A DNA stretch of 64,000 nucleotides. Origin: a virus. Each line of letters begins with the position of its first letter. Position 1 is the stretch's first letter. The position numbers were made by a program, and so were the translations under genes. The stretch lies in the UHGV virus genome UHGV-0332176; one strand, given 5' to 3'. The notes beneath the pieces are model-generated. The model was given only the letters and a program-made list of their open reading frames with translations, did not search any database and had not been told where the DNA came from. Shown in pieces: positions 1-9,931 of the stretch.

Positions 1-52
1 CTATTAAATCAGCAAATTATAAGGGTATAGTTTCTGAAATTTTTTATAGAAA

Positions 53-532
53 TTAGATTTCATAAACAATAAATTGTGGAGATTGTGCATATATATTCTC
101 TTCAGTAAATTGAATAATTCCATCACCTAAAACATATTTAACTTTAAAGGTATAAGTTCCACTTGGAATTATATCTAAATATTGTAATGAAAATGGATTA
201 TTTGAAGAAGCTGATGGAGAAACACAAGTTTGCTGACATAATAATGAATCATCTCTATAAAAATATATTTTAAACCAAGATGTACTATTGTTATTAGAAT
301 TGGCATCTCCACAAGTTGATAAAAAAATTGGTCTTCCTTTTGATGTTATAACAATTTCTTTGATAATTTCTGGATTTGAACTTGATAATGTTGAACCATT
401 TTCTAATTTAATCATATTATAATTGCGATTAAATTTATCATTTACATTAATTATATTACTTGTTAAATTATTTAATGTTTCTGTTAATTCATTAATACGT
501 GAAATAGGTAATTTACTTGTATCATTCATCAT
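53..532 (-). CDS. hypothetical protein; member of a 3-copy paralog family with conserved N-terminus M-x-DTSKLPISRV
   Basis: ORF of 159 aa. N-terminal motif is shared with 15601..16050(-) and 47411..48112(-). A conserved palindromic leader lies just upstream. Confidence 0.5.
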   Translation of the reverse strand: MMNDTSKLPISRINELTETLNNLTSNIINVNDKFNRNYNMIKLENGSTLSSSNPEIIKEIVITSKGRPIFLSTCGDANSNNNSTSWFKIYFYRDDSLLCQQTCVSPSASSNNPFSLQYLDIIPSGTYTFKVKYVLGDGIIQFTEENIYAQSPQFIVYEI

Positions 533-540
533 TTAACCCC

Positions 541-569
541 TTTGTTTGTATTTAATAAATACAAACAAA
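541..569. promoter_or_regulatory. perfect 29-nt palindrome tttgtttgtatttaataaatacaaacaaa in the 5' leader of the minus-strand paralog gene
   Basis: Read directly. The identical palindrome recurs at 16058..16086. A different palindrome with the same architecture sits at 48125..48153. Confidence 0.55.
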
Positions 570-599
570 TATTTTAGTTAAAAAATAATGGTATAAATA

Positions 600-1811
600 C
601 TAATAATCCCTTCTAAATTCATTTCCCCAAAAGTTATAATTACCACCAGTATTATAACCTTTAAAATATGATGCTCTGCCATATTTGTCATAAGTTTGAT
701 AAGTTTTTTGTGATAAACTTATTGCCATTGAAACATCGTGTGTTTTATTTTTTGGATATTTATATACTAAATAATAATTTCCTCTATTTGTATGAACATA
801 AATTCTATCATTTTTAGCATCATAAAATAAAGTTCCATTTAATTTTTGAGAATCTTTAACATTTTTACTATTTCCAACTCTAAATGTTGGAGCAACAGTT
901 AATATTGCATCACGAACAGCAATATCTCCAACTGAACCCATACCATTTTTAGGAGCTTCATCAAAATAATAGATAACATTTGATGTTGATTTCCATTCAT
1001 CATCTATTTTTTTATATAATGTTTGTAAAATAGCAACACTTGAATACATACCATTAGTAAAGGTATATTGGGATAAATTATCAGATTTTGTTAATTGGGC
1101 AGCATTTATAAAAATACCATATGAATCATTAATAGTTGAAAATATAGGGTTATTATTTTTATCTAACAATTTAATAATACATTTTAAAATTAATGATGTT
1201 TTAAATTTTGCTGTAACATAGACCCTATAAATATCATCGCTAATTTTGGAAATTCCGCCATTATGTATTTGAATTTCTCCAAAATCAGTATCAATTTTTT
1301 GAACTGTAGCATTATTTTTTGAAATATCACATAAAACATTTACACCAAAAATTTCTTTATTATCCATTAAACATACAGCAATATTTGTTAATTCAACTGT
1401 TTTAACATATAAACTAAATGTAAAAGTTGATGTTAAATCATTATAAAAAATATATTCTGCTCTATGTTCTGCATTAACTGTTGATGATGTCATTTTTGAA
1501 CATTGATTATATGGAAATAAAACTAATGGTTCTTTGGTTATTTTTGTATTTGTTTTAATCCAATTAGGAGCATTAAAATTTTCTGAATATTTAATATAAT
1601 TGTATAATCTTATATATTTTGCATAATAATCACCATTAATACCAATATCATTTGTTGGTAATTTTTTTTCATTTTTATATAAATGTTGATTAATTGATTC
1701 CCATTTTGTTGTATTTTTTACCCATAATGAACCATCAAATGAAGGGAAAATTAAATCTTTTTTATGGTCAATATTAATTGAATTTTGCATATTAATCCTA
1801 TATTTTAACAA
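600..1811 (-). CDS. hypothetical protein (403 aa), possibly structural
   Basis: Long ORF directly upstream (same strand) of 53..532. No recognisable motif. Confidence 0.5.
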   Translation of the reverse strand: MLKYRINMQNSINIDHKKDLIFPSFDGSLWVKNTTKWESINQHLYKNEKKLPTNDIGINGDYYAKYIRLYNYIKYSENFNAPNWIKTNTKITKEPLVLFPYNQCSKMTSSTVNAEHRAEYIFYNDLTSTFTFSLYVKTVELTNIAVCLMDNKEIFGVNVLCDISKNNATVQKIDTDFGEIQIHNGGISKISDDIYRVYVTAKFKTSLILKCIIKLLDKNNNPIFSTINDSYGIFINAAQLTKSDNLSQYTFTNGMYSSVAILQTLYKKIDDEWKSTSNVIYYFDEAPKNGMGSVGDIAVRDAILTVAPTFRVGNSKNVKDSQKLNGTLFYDAKNDRIYVHTNRGNYYLVYKYPKNKTHDVSMAISLSQKTYQTYDKYGRASYFKGYNTGGNYNFWGNEFRRDY

Positions 1812-1917
1812 ATTTATAATAATATTTACCCACTTATTAAAACAAAATAGTTATTGACTTTTTCATTTTGATAATATAAATTAAGTAAATAAATTTACAA
1901 CAACTTAAAAAGGTTAA

Positions 1918-2622
1918 ATGAGAATATTAAAAAAACTTGGGTTTGTTGTTTTGTTTTTATGTATCTTTTCAACTCCATTGTTGTATTCATCATCGTATGC
2001 ACATACTTTTAATGGGTTACAGATGGAAAGTAATATTCAAACAAGTGACCTTCAAACTCAAAAGAAAAAAGAAATATTAGATATTCTTGAAAAAGAAAAT
2101 TTAATATTAACCGAAATAAAGGCGTTGAGGAAAGATAAGCAGGAAGATGTGGTGTGTCTTGCTTTGAATATGTACCACGAAAATAGGGGTTCCTCACTTG
2201 AAGACCGAATAGCATCAACATATGTTGTTTATAATAGGCAATATGATAAACCTTCTAAATCGTTATGTGATGTTATTTTTGAGAAATGGCAATTTTGTTG
2301 GACAAATAATACAAAAATTCCTGTTCCTAAAGAATTACAAGTATGGAATAAAATACAACAAGATGCTTATAAAATGTATTTAAATCCTAAGTTTAAAAAT
2401 TTGGCAAAAGAATTTCGTTTAAAACATTATGTTGCATCATATATGATACCAATGAAAAATAAGCCAAAATGGATTGATAAAAGATTATTTAAAATAGACA
2501 TTGGTAAACATTCTTATATATCATTGAATAAAGAAGATATGAAATATAAAGGTTCAATGATAAAAATTGTTCAACAAGGTAAACATTTATTAGAAAACAA
2601 AATATATATTAAAAAGAGATAA
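1918..2622 (+). CDS. secreted SleB/CwlJ-like cell-wall hydrolase (Hydrolase_2 family), candidate lysin
   Basis: N-terminal signal-peptide-like hydrophobic stretch. Motifs NMYHENRGSS...VVYNR...QFCW match the SleB cortex-lytic hydrolase signature. RBS aaaaagg. Confidence 0.55.
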   Translation: MRILKKLGFVVLFLCIFSTPLLYSSSYAHTFNGLQMESNIQTSDLQTQKKKEILDILEKENLILTEIKALRKDKQEDVVCLALNMYHENRGSSLEDRIASTYVVYNRQYDKPSKSLCDVIFEKWQFCWTNNTKIPVPKELQVWNKIQQDAYKMYLNPKFKNLAKEFRLKHYVASYMIPMKNKPKWIDKRLFKIDIGKHSYISLNKEDMKYKGSMIKIVQQGKHLLENKIYIKKR

Positions 2623-2641
2623 AGAAATTTATCTCTTTTTT
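2613..2641 (+). terminator. rho-independent terminator (aagagataaa/tttatctctt + T-run)
   Basis: Hairpin plus a T6 run immediately after the stop codon. Confidence 0.5.
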
Positions 2642-2723
2642 GTTAATATAATACTTTATGCTTATACCTTTATAACACTTTATTTTTAAGTAAATATTTA
2701 AAGATATACTTAAAGGATAAAGA

Positions 2724-3038
2724 ATGAGTTTACAACAATATCAATGGAGAATTAAACCAAATAGATTATATGTTGTACGAAAATTAAATAGTTTAGTTTC
2801 TAACCAGCAAATAGAGCCAAATATAATGGTTAATGGTAAAGTAAATATTTACGGTTTGAATTCTGATGAAAAACCAACATTAATTGATGAAATGTGTTTA
2901 CCAATTGTTAATCATAATGTTTCTGGTTTTGCATCATTTGAAATTATACCAACATATTTATATTGTCGTGGAAATGCTGAAGATATTATTCTTACAGGTA
3001 TTGAAGTATTAGAAGATTTAGGTGAATTACAAGGATAA
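2724..3038 (+). CDS. hypothetical protein (104 aa)
   Basis: RBS aaagga 8 nt upstream; adjacent to the tail-fibre genes. Confidence 0.45.
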   Translation: MSLQQYQWRIKPNRLYVVRKLNSLVSNQQIEPNIMVNGKVNIYGLNSDEKPTLIDEMCLPIVNHNVSGFASFEIIPTYLYCRGNAEDIILTGIEVLEDLGELQG

Positions 3039-3040
3039 AA

Positions 3041-4219
3041 ATGGTAAAGTTATTCCAATACACAAATTATATAGATTATAATGAATTAATCAATAAACCA
3101 TTAATTAATAAAGTTGTTGTTGAAGGTGATAAATCATTAGCTGATTATGGTATTCAACCTGCTGGTAATTATGCTCATTTAAATGATAATGGAAAAGTAC
3201 CATTAGAAGAATTAGATGATTCTATTTTAGGTAATTTACAATTTCAAGATGTCTGGGATGCTAAAAATAATAATCCTCAATTACCATTAGTACCAACAAA
3301 AAAAGGTCAATATTGGATTGTTTCAACAGCAGGAGAACAATTTGGATTATCTTTTAATACGGGCGATTGGTTAGTTGCTGGTGATAGTGTATGGCAAAAA
3401 GTTGATAATTCAGATGCTGTTACTTCAGTTAATGGTAAAATTGGAAATGTTATTCTAACAGCTAATGATATTAATTATAATAATGAAACTGTTAGTGACG
3501 CTCTTGATTCTAAACAAAATCAATTAACAGCTGGTAAAAATATTAAAATTGAAAATAATATTATTTCTGCTGAATTTAATACAGCTATTATTGATTATAA
3601 TTTAACTTATAATAAACCATCAATTAATGGTGTTGAATTAATTAATAATAAAGCATTAGAAGATTTTGATATTCAAAGAACTATTAAAGCTGGAAATAAT
3701 GTTTATCTAACAAAATCTGAAACAGATAAAATGTTAGATACTATTAATGTATATGATGCAACTGAAACAAGAAAAGGTGTTTCTGAAATTGCAACTCAAG
3801 CAGAAGTAACAGCAGGAACAGATGATTTTAGATATATTACACCAAAAAAATTAAAAATTGTAACTGATGAAATTGATACAACTATACAAAATCAATATGA
3901 TACATTACATAGCGAAATAATTGAAGAATCACAAAGAGCAATTAGAGCAGAAAATTCTCTTTTATCTGAAATTCAATCAGAAGAACTAAGAGCATCAACA
4001 GCAGAAACTAATATTAATAATGATTTAACATCTCATAAAAATAATACAAATAACCCACATAATGTAACTGCTGAACAATTAAGTGTATATACAAAAACAG
4101 AAATTGATAATTTATTATCAACTATTAATACAAATTATCAAGAAATATTAAAAACAATTTCAGATTTAGATGCCCGTCTTACTAAAATGGAAACTAATAT
4201 TGATGGGGGCGGAGCTTAA
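3041..4219 (+). CDS. tail-fibre-like protein (392 aa) with DYNELINKP...GIQ.AGNY repeat motif and C-terminal coiled region
   Basis: Motif DYNELINKPLINKV...ADYGIQPAGNYA is shared with 4866..6152 and 6170..6925. Rich in N/T/S residues. Confidence 0.55.
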   Translation: MVKLFQYTNYIDYNELINKPLINKVVVEGDKSLADYGIQPAGNYAHLNDNGKVPLEELDDSILGNLQFQDVWDAKNNNPQLPLVPTKKGQYWIVSTAGEQFGLSFNTGDWLVAGDSVWQKVDNSDAVTSVNGKIGNVILTANDINYNNETVSDALDSKQNQLTAGKNIKIENNIISAEFNTAIIDYNLTYNKPSINGVELINNKALEDFDIQRTIKAGNNVYLTKSETDKMLDTINVYDATETRKGVSEIATQAEVTAGTDDFRYITPKKLKIVTDEIDTTIQNQYDTLHSEIIEESQRAIRAENSLLSEIQSEELRASTAETNINNDLTSHKNNTNNPHNVTAEQLSVYTKTEIDNLLSTINTNYQEILKTISDLDARLTKMETNIDGGGA

Positions 4220-4267
4220 CATTTAATAAATATTTTTATAAAATATATTTTATAAGGAAAAAGTAAA

Positions 4268-4855
4268 ATGATTCAAGGAACAAAAATTTATAGTGTATCT
4301 GTAGCTAATGCTGCTGGTTCTACAAATGAAGAAAAAGGATTTTTAGATAATAAAAAAGTATCTGATTATTCTGATTTTGATATTTCTACACAACCAGTTG
4401 AAGGTGAAACATTAGAACAATATAAAATTAAAGCTCGTGGATTGGTTAGATATAATCAAATGTGCTTAAATTTACAAAGAGGATTAGATTATTTAGGTGA
4501 AGTTGAAACAACTGGTGCAAATCATATTACTCCACCAACAAAATTAGAATTTAAAGTTGCTTATAGTCAACCAGATGGTTTATGTGTTCAAGTTGCTGAT
4601 TCTGATTATGAAGAAGATGAGGAAATTTTTAAAACACGAGATGGCAGAGTATTCTTTAAAGGAACAAAAGCAATTAAACGTTTAATTGCTATGGTATTAG
4701 TTGATGATTATACTGTTATTGCTAATTATTTTGATAATACTAAAACTCCATCAGGAAATCCATTAGGTTGGCAATTAAAAGAATTAGTAGTTAAAGGTCC
4801 AATTGCTGATTTAGAAACTGCTGAAGCATTAGTAACAGTAACTGAACTTTTATAA
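4268..4855 (+). CDS. hypothetical protein (195 aa)
   Basis: RBS aaggaaaaag upstream; between tail-fibre genes. Confidence 0.45.
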   Translation: MIQGTKIYSVSVANAAGSTNEEKGFLDNKKVSDYSDFDISTQPVEGETLEQYKIKARGLVRYNQMCLNLQRGLDYLGEVETTGANHITPPTKLEFKVAYSQPDGLCVQVADSDYEEDEEIFKTRDGRVFFKGTKAIKRLIAMVLVDDYTVIANYFDNTKTPSGNPLGWQLKELVVKGPIADLETAEALVTVTELL

Positions 4856-4865
4856 GGAGTAAATA

Positions 4866-6152
4866 ATGGCTAATGAAAATGCAACTAAAATTCAATTAAG
4901 ACACGATTCATCTGCAAATTGGTTTGCTAATAATCCAATTTTAGCTGAAGGTGAAGTTGGTATTGAAATTGATAAAAATAGAATGAAAGTTGGTAATGGT
5001 GTAAGTCATTACAATGATTTAGAATATTTTTCTGATACTGTTGATTATAATGAATTAATTAATAAACCACAAATTAATAGTATCGGTTTGATGGGTAACT
5101 TATCTTTACACGAATTAGGTATTCAAGCAGAAGGCGATTATGCAACTGTATTAACTTTAACAGAAGGTTTATCAGAAAAAGCTGATAAAGCTGATACTTA
5201 TACTAAAACTGAAATTGATACTGAATTTTCTTCACTTATTAAAGTTCCAGCTATTGATGGACACGATGGAGAATGGTTAACTAATAAAGATGGAGTAGTT
5301 AAATGGGAAAATCTTGGTGATTCAGTTGTTACTAATGAAGAATTAACAACTGCATTAGAACCATATGCTTTAAAAACTAATATACCTACAAAAAATTCTC
5401 AATTAGAAAATGATTCTGACTTTGTAACTTTAACTGAATTAGCAGAATCTGATTATGTAACAAATACAAATTTAACAACTAAATTAGGTGAATATGTTAC
5501 TAATACTGCATTAGCTGAAGAAGGATATGCAAAAAATAGTGAATTAGCTCAAGTTGCAAAATCAGGTTCATATAATGATTTAACAAATAAACCAACTATT
5601 CCAACTGTTCCTGAAAATATTACAACTCAAGGAAATACTTTTAACGGAGCTAATCAATTAGTAAAATTAGAAGCTGATGGTAAATTACCAGCATTAGATG
5701 GAAGTAAATTAACTGGAATAAGTTCTGGAACATCTGATTATTCTGTATTATCTAATAAGCCACAAATTAATTCAGTTGAATTATCAGGTAATAAAACATT
5801 AGACCAATTAGGAATTCAAGCTAAAGGAGATTTTGCAGTTAAATCAACTACATTATCTGGATATGGTATTACAGATGCATATACAAAGACTGAATCTGAT
5901 AATAAATATGCAACTCAAACTTCTTTGAATTCTTATTTAACAACTGCATCAGCTTCTACAACTTATGCTACTAAAACAGAATTAGTAGATAAAGCTGATG
6001 TTGAAGATATTCCACAAGGAAATCAATTAATGGCTGGACAAGCTCCTACTGTTGCCGATATTAGTGCAGAAACAGTTACAGATATTCCAGGTTTAATTAG
6101 TGCAATTAATGCAATTTTAGCTCAATTAAGAACACGTAATGTTATTGAATAA
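4866..6152 (+). CDS. tail-fibre-like protein (428 aa) with multiple (Y/S)xxLxNKPxIN...LGIQAxG(D/N)Y repeats
   Basis: Internal repeats. A 74-nt segment is near-identical to one in the next gene. Confidence 0.55.
   Translation: MANENATKIQLRHDSSANWFANNPILAEGEVGIEIDKNRMKVGNGVSHYNDLEYFSDTVDYNELINKPQINSIGLMGNLSLHELGIQAEGDYATVLTLTEGLSEKADKADTYTKTEIDTEFSSLIKVPAIDGHDGEWLTNKDGVVKWENLGDSVVTNEELTTALEPYALKTNIPTKNSQLENDSDFVTLTELAESDYVTNTNLTTKLGEYVTNTALAEEGYAKNSELAQVAKSGSYNDLTNKPTIPTVPENITTQGNTFNGANQLVKLEADGKLPALDGSKLTGISSGTSDYSVLSNKPQINSVELSGNKTLDQLGIQAKGDFAVKSTTLSGYGITDAYTKTESDNKYATQTSLNSYLTTASASTTYATKTELVDKADVEDIPQGNQLMAGQAPTVADISAETVTDIPGLISAINAILAQLRTRNVIE
5754..5827 (+). repeat. 74-nt direct repeat (73/74 identical to 6380..6453) spanning adjacent tail-fibre genes
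   Basis: aataagccacaaattaattcagttgaattatcaggtaataaaacattagaccaattaggaattcaagctaaagg. A second 32-nt repeat pair is 5856..5887 and 6629..6660. Confidence 0.8.
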
Positions 6153-6169
6153 ATTAAAGGAATAATTAT

Positions 6170-6925
6170 ATGACAGAAAGAATTGATATTAAATATGTAT
6201 TAAAAGATACAAAAGCAAATTGGACAAGTTTTAATCCAATTTTATCAAAAGGTATTATGGCTTATGAAACTGATACAAATTTAATTAAATTATTTGATGG
6301 TGTTTCTGATTATAATTCATTAGCATATATTGGTGGAACAGGTGGTTCATCTACACCAACTGATTATGCATCTTTATCTAATAAACCACAAATTAATTCA
6401 GTTGAATTATCAGGTAATAAAACATTAGACCAATTAGGAATTCAAGCTAAAGGTAATTATTTGGTTTCATCTGATTTAAATAATTATGCTTTGAAATCTG
6501 AATTACCTACAAATACAAGTGATTTAACAAATGATTCTGGATTTTTAACATCTATTCCTTCAGAATATGTTACTGAAACAGAATTAAATAGCAGTTTAGA
6601 AGATAAAGCTGATACTGCAACAACTTTATCTGGATATGGTATTACAGATGCATATACAAAAACTGAAGCTGATGGTAAATATGCAACAAAAACTGAATTA
6701 TCTAATAAAGCTGATACAAGTGCATTATCTAATTATGCAACTACATCTGCTTTAACAGAAGGATTAGCAGAAAAAGCCGATACAAGTGCATTACCTGCTT
6801 CAACTTCTTTAATGAATGGAACTGCTCCTTCTGTTGCTGATTTTGCAGGAGCTGATGCAGAAGGATTAAAAACAGAATTAAATGCATTTTTAGCCCAACT
6901 TAAAACTCGTGGTGTAATTGCATAA
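6170..6925 (+). CDS. tail-fibre-like protein (251 aa), paralog of the C-terminal part of 4866..6152
   Basis: Shares the SNKPQINSVELSGNKTLDQLGIQAKG and SGYGITDAYTKTE segments. C-terminal ...AQLKTRGVIA resembles ...AQLRTRNVIE of the previous gene. Confidence 0.55.
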   Translation: MTERIDIKYVLKDTKANWTSFNPILSKGIMAYETDTNLIKLFDGVSDYNSLAYIGGTGGSSTPTDYASLSNKPQINSVELSGNKTLDQLGIQAKGNYLVSSDLNNYALKSELPTNTSDLTNDSGFLTSIPSEYVTETELNSSLEDKADTATTLSGYGITDAYTKTEADGKYATKTELSNKADTSALSNYATTSALTEGLAEKADTSALPASTSLMNGTAPSVADFAGADAEGLKTELNAFLAQLKTRGVIA

Positions 6926-6948
6926 TAAAAATTTAAATTGTATAAATA

Positions 6949-6985
6949 AAAACACTTATGTTATATTTCATAAGTGTTTTTTATT
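6949..6985 (+). terminator. rho-independent terminator
   Basis: aaaacacttatg...cataagtgtttt hairpin followed by ttatt. Confidence 0.5.
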
Positions 6986-6997
6986 GGAGAAAAATAA

Positions 6998-8257
6998 ATG
7001 AAAAAAATTAAATGGTCAGCTTTAATAACAATGATTGTTTCATTGTTAATTTCAATAGTTTCTGGATATTGTACAGTTGTAGGTATGGGAAATGTTTTTA
7101 TTTCAGCTGCATCAGTAACAATGTTTATTGCATCAGTTATTGAATTGGGTCGTGTTGTTTTAATTTATGATTTACACCATTATTGGGATAAAATGAAATT
7201 ATATCAAAAAATTCCTGGTGTCTGTATGTTATTAGTTGCCATTACTTTATCTGCAATGGGTATTTTTGGTTTTATGTCTAATGCTCATTCTCAACGAACC
7301 CAAGAAATTATTCCTATTGAAATGGAAATAAAACAAAAACAAACTGAAATTAAAATTTTAAATGATGCTATTTTAATTAATAATCAACAATTAAATCAAT
7401 TTAATAACAAAGCATTAGACAAATATACAGAAATGGGTTATGTAACAAAAGCTGTTAATTTACAAAAAGAACAGCAAAAAATTACAGATAAATTATATGA
7501 TGATAATAGACAAAAACAAAATGAAATTACAAAATTAAATCAAGAAATATTAAATTTACAATTAACGGCTGAACAAAAAGCTCCAACATTAGCCCATTTA
7601 AAATATTATGCAAAATTATTTAATGTTGATAATGATACAGCCATAATAATTTTTATTGTAATGATAATGACGGTATTTGATACATTAGCAATGTATTTAA
7701 TGATTACTTCTGATTGGATTTCAAAATTAGATGATGAAATTAAAATTATAAATAATAATCAAATAAATTATGATACAAATGAATTAAATAAAATTGAAAC
7801 AAAACTTAATCAACTCTTGGATATGAAGCCAATAGAAAAAATTAATAATAATCAAGATATTGATTTTTCACCTGTTTTTAATGCAATAAAGCAAGATTCA
7901 GATTATCAAATTGATTCATTAAAAAAGGTTGTAAATGAAAATAGTAAAATAACTATTAATAAATTAAATGAAGAATTTATTAAATTACAAAATAATTTAA
8001 AAGATAATACACTTATTGATAAATTGACAACAATTGAAGAAAATTTAAAAGAAGTTCAAAATAAATCTAATAAAATTGAAGTTAATAATATTGACGAACA
8101 ACTTGATAATTTGATAAACTCCATTAATGATAATGATAGTATCATTGGAACAAACTCATTTAAAAAATATATTTTAGATAATCCGTTAGTATTAGATTAT
8201 TTAAAAGATTATTTTAAAAATGATAAAAAAGTATTAACAAAATTAAATAAATTATAA
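6998..8257 (+). CDS. membrane-anchored coiled-coil protein (419 aa)
   Basis: Two or three N-terminal hydrophobic segments, then long Q/N/K-rich heptad-like regions. Confidence 0.45.
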   Translation: MKKIKWSALITMIVSLLISIVSGYCTVVGMGNVFISAASVTMFIASVIELGRVVLIYDLHHYWDKMKLYQKIPGVCMLLVAITLSAMGIFGFMSNAHSQRTQEIIPIEMEIKQKQTEIKILNDAILINNQQLNQFNNKALDKYTEMGYVTKAVNLQKEQQKITDKLYDDNRQKQNEITKLNQEILNLQLTAEQKAPTLAHLKYYAKLFNVDNDTAIIIFIVMIMTVFDTLAMYLMITSDWISKLDDEIKIINNNQINYDTNELNKIETKLNQLLDMKPIEKINNNQDIDFSPVFNAIKQDSDYQIDSLKKVVNENSKITINKLNEEFIKLQNNLKDNTLIDKLTTIEENLKEVQNKSNKIEVNNIDEQLDNLINSINDNDSIIGTNSFKKYILDNPLVLDYLKDYFKNDKKVLTKLNKL

Positions 8258-8270
8258 TTAGTGAGGGAAA

Positions 8271-8492
8271 ATGAAAACATATAATCCAAAAAAATCTGGA
8301 AATGTCATTTATGTTATAGATAATGATATTACAAAAGCATTAAATAGATTACGTCACGAAACTGCACCTTTATTAAAAGAATTAAAGATGAAAAGATTTT
8401 TTGAATCAAATTCTGAAAAGAAAAGACGTAAAAAGAAAGAAGCAATTGCTCGTGAAAAAATGAGACAACGAAAAGCTGAAATGTTTTTTTAA
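8271..8492 (+). CDS. small basic protein (73 aa)
   Basis: RBS gagggaaa; K/R-rich C-terminus. Confidence 0.35.
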   Translation: MKTYNPKKSGNVIYVIDNDITKALNRLRHETAPLLKELKMKRFFESNSEKKRRKKKEAIAREKMRQRKAEMFF

Positions 8493-8503
8493 TATGAAAA
8501 AAT

Positions 8504-8536
8504 GATTCTTTTAAAAAGAATCATTTTTTATTTTTG
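8504..8536 (+). terminator. rho-independent terminator
   Basis: aaaatgattcttt/aaagaatcatttt hairpin plus a T-run. Confidence 0.5.
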
Positions 8537-8589
8537 CATACCTCTTAATGTTTGTGATATTATTCAAATATCAAGAAAATCCTTGATAA

Positions 8590-8700
8590 ATACGTATTGT
8601 GGGGATTTAGAAAAGCTAATAGAATTTTTACAGACAAGCATTTAGAAAAGCTAATAGAATTTTTTTAGAAACGCACAATAGACAAGCAAATAGACAAGCA
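8590..8700 (+). repeat. direct repeats in the gp32-like gene leader (tagaaaagctaatagaattttt x2; agacaagca x3)
   Basis: Read directly upstream of the 8715 start. Confidence 0.7.
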
Positions 8701-8714
8701 TTTAGGAGAGAAAA

Positions 8715-9845
8715 ATGAATACAATTGAAGAATTAAGAAAAAAAATTAACGCTAAAGTTGCAAAAGCAGAATCTAATACATCAACTCTTGGTGGTACAAT
8801 TTTCCCATTTAATACATTAAAAGCAGGTGATACCGTAACCATTCGTTTTATTAATGATGGTGAAGATAATGATGTGTTTTGGCGTGAACGTAGAACAAGA
8901 ACATTTGAATTTCCATCAGTAAAGCAAGCTAATGGTCAAGTAATATATAATAGATGTTTCGTAGATGTTCCAGCATTTAATTTAAAATATGATGAAGTAA
9001 TTTATAGTGATTTACCAGAAGATTATCTATATAAATCTGAAGATGATGTTATTCAAAAAAGAATTAAAGGATTTTGGGGTGAAACTGATGAAGAAAAAGC
9101 ATTATATTATAAATTTGCTAGAAGAAAATCTTATGTATTTCAAGGTTTTATAAGAAGTGGATATGAAAATAATAAAGCATTAGAACCAAATAAACTTTAT
9201 CGTTTTTATATTGGCGAAGATTTATTTAATGCTATTAAGACTTTCTTAAATCCACAAATGGGTATTAATTGTATGCCAACTGACCCTGAAAACGGTTTAG
9301 ATTTTATTTTATCAGTTACAAGTAAAAAATCTGGTAATAAAGAGTTTAAAGATTATTCAATTTCTCAATGGGCAAGAGCAAATTCTTCATTAACTAATGA
9401 TGAAAAAACTGCATTAGAAATTAATAAACCATTTGTATTAAAGAATTTTATTTTTAAAAGACCAACTGCTGAAGAAGAAAATGTTATGATGGAAATGTTT
9501 GAAGCATCATATAATTCTGAACCTTATGATGTTGTAAAATGGAGTAAATTTTTTAAACCAAATAATGTATTTTTTGATGCAGATGGTAATATTAAAGATT
9601 TAAAATCAAATACTAATGCTACTACTCAAGCAAGAGAAATACCTACAAGTCAAGTACAACAATTTGTTCAAGAAACTGTTAGTACAACAGTTCAACAACC
9701 TATTGTTCAACAAACTGTTGTTCAGCAACCAACTATGACTGCTCCACAAATTATTTCTCAACATACTGAAGCAGTAAGTGGTGAAAATCCAAAAGATGTT
9801 ATTAATAGTATTTTAGGAAAATATAATATTCAAACAAATAACTAA
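8715..9845 (+). CDS. T4 gp32-like single-stranded DNA-binding protein
   Basis: Segments YYKFARRKSYVFQGFI and LDFILSVTSKKSGNKEFKDYSIS align with the T4 gp32 core. Q-rich C-terminal tail. RBS aggagag. Confidence 0.65.
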   Translation: MNTIEELRKKINAKVAKAESNTSTLGGTIFPFNTLKAGDTVTIRFINDGEDNDVFWRERRTRTFEFPSVKQANGQVIYNRCFVDVPAFNLKYDEVIYSDLPEDYLYKSEDDVIQKRIKGFWGETDEEKALYYKFARRKSYVFQGFIRSGYENNKALEPNKLYRFYIGEDLFNAIKTFLNPQMGINCMPTDPENGLDFILSVTSKKSGNKEFKDYSISQWARANSSLTNDEKTALEINKPFVLKNFIFKRPTAEEENVMMEMFEASYNSEPYDVVKWSKFFKPNNVFFDADGNIKDLKSNTNATTQAREIPTSQVQQFVQETVSTTVQQPIVQQTVVQQPTMTAPQIISQHTEAVSGENPKDVINSILGKYNIQTNN

Positions 9846-9931
9846 TCAAAATTAATAAGTCGGGGAAAATAATATTGTTTTATTTTCCCGAAATAAATTA
9901 TAATTTAATTATTAACTAAGGAGAATATTAT

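Noticed and set aside
2009-2221. Minus-strand ORFs nested inside + genes (also 11924..12166, 20891..21196, 35230..35430, 43735..43920, 45326..45553, 46397..46735, 50067..50279, 55866..56129, 62767..63021 and others)
   Set aside because: Low-complexity antisense frames inside well-supported + strand genes, with no RBS. Typical AT-rich artefacts.
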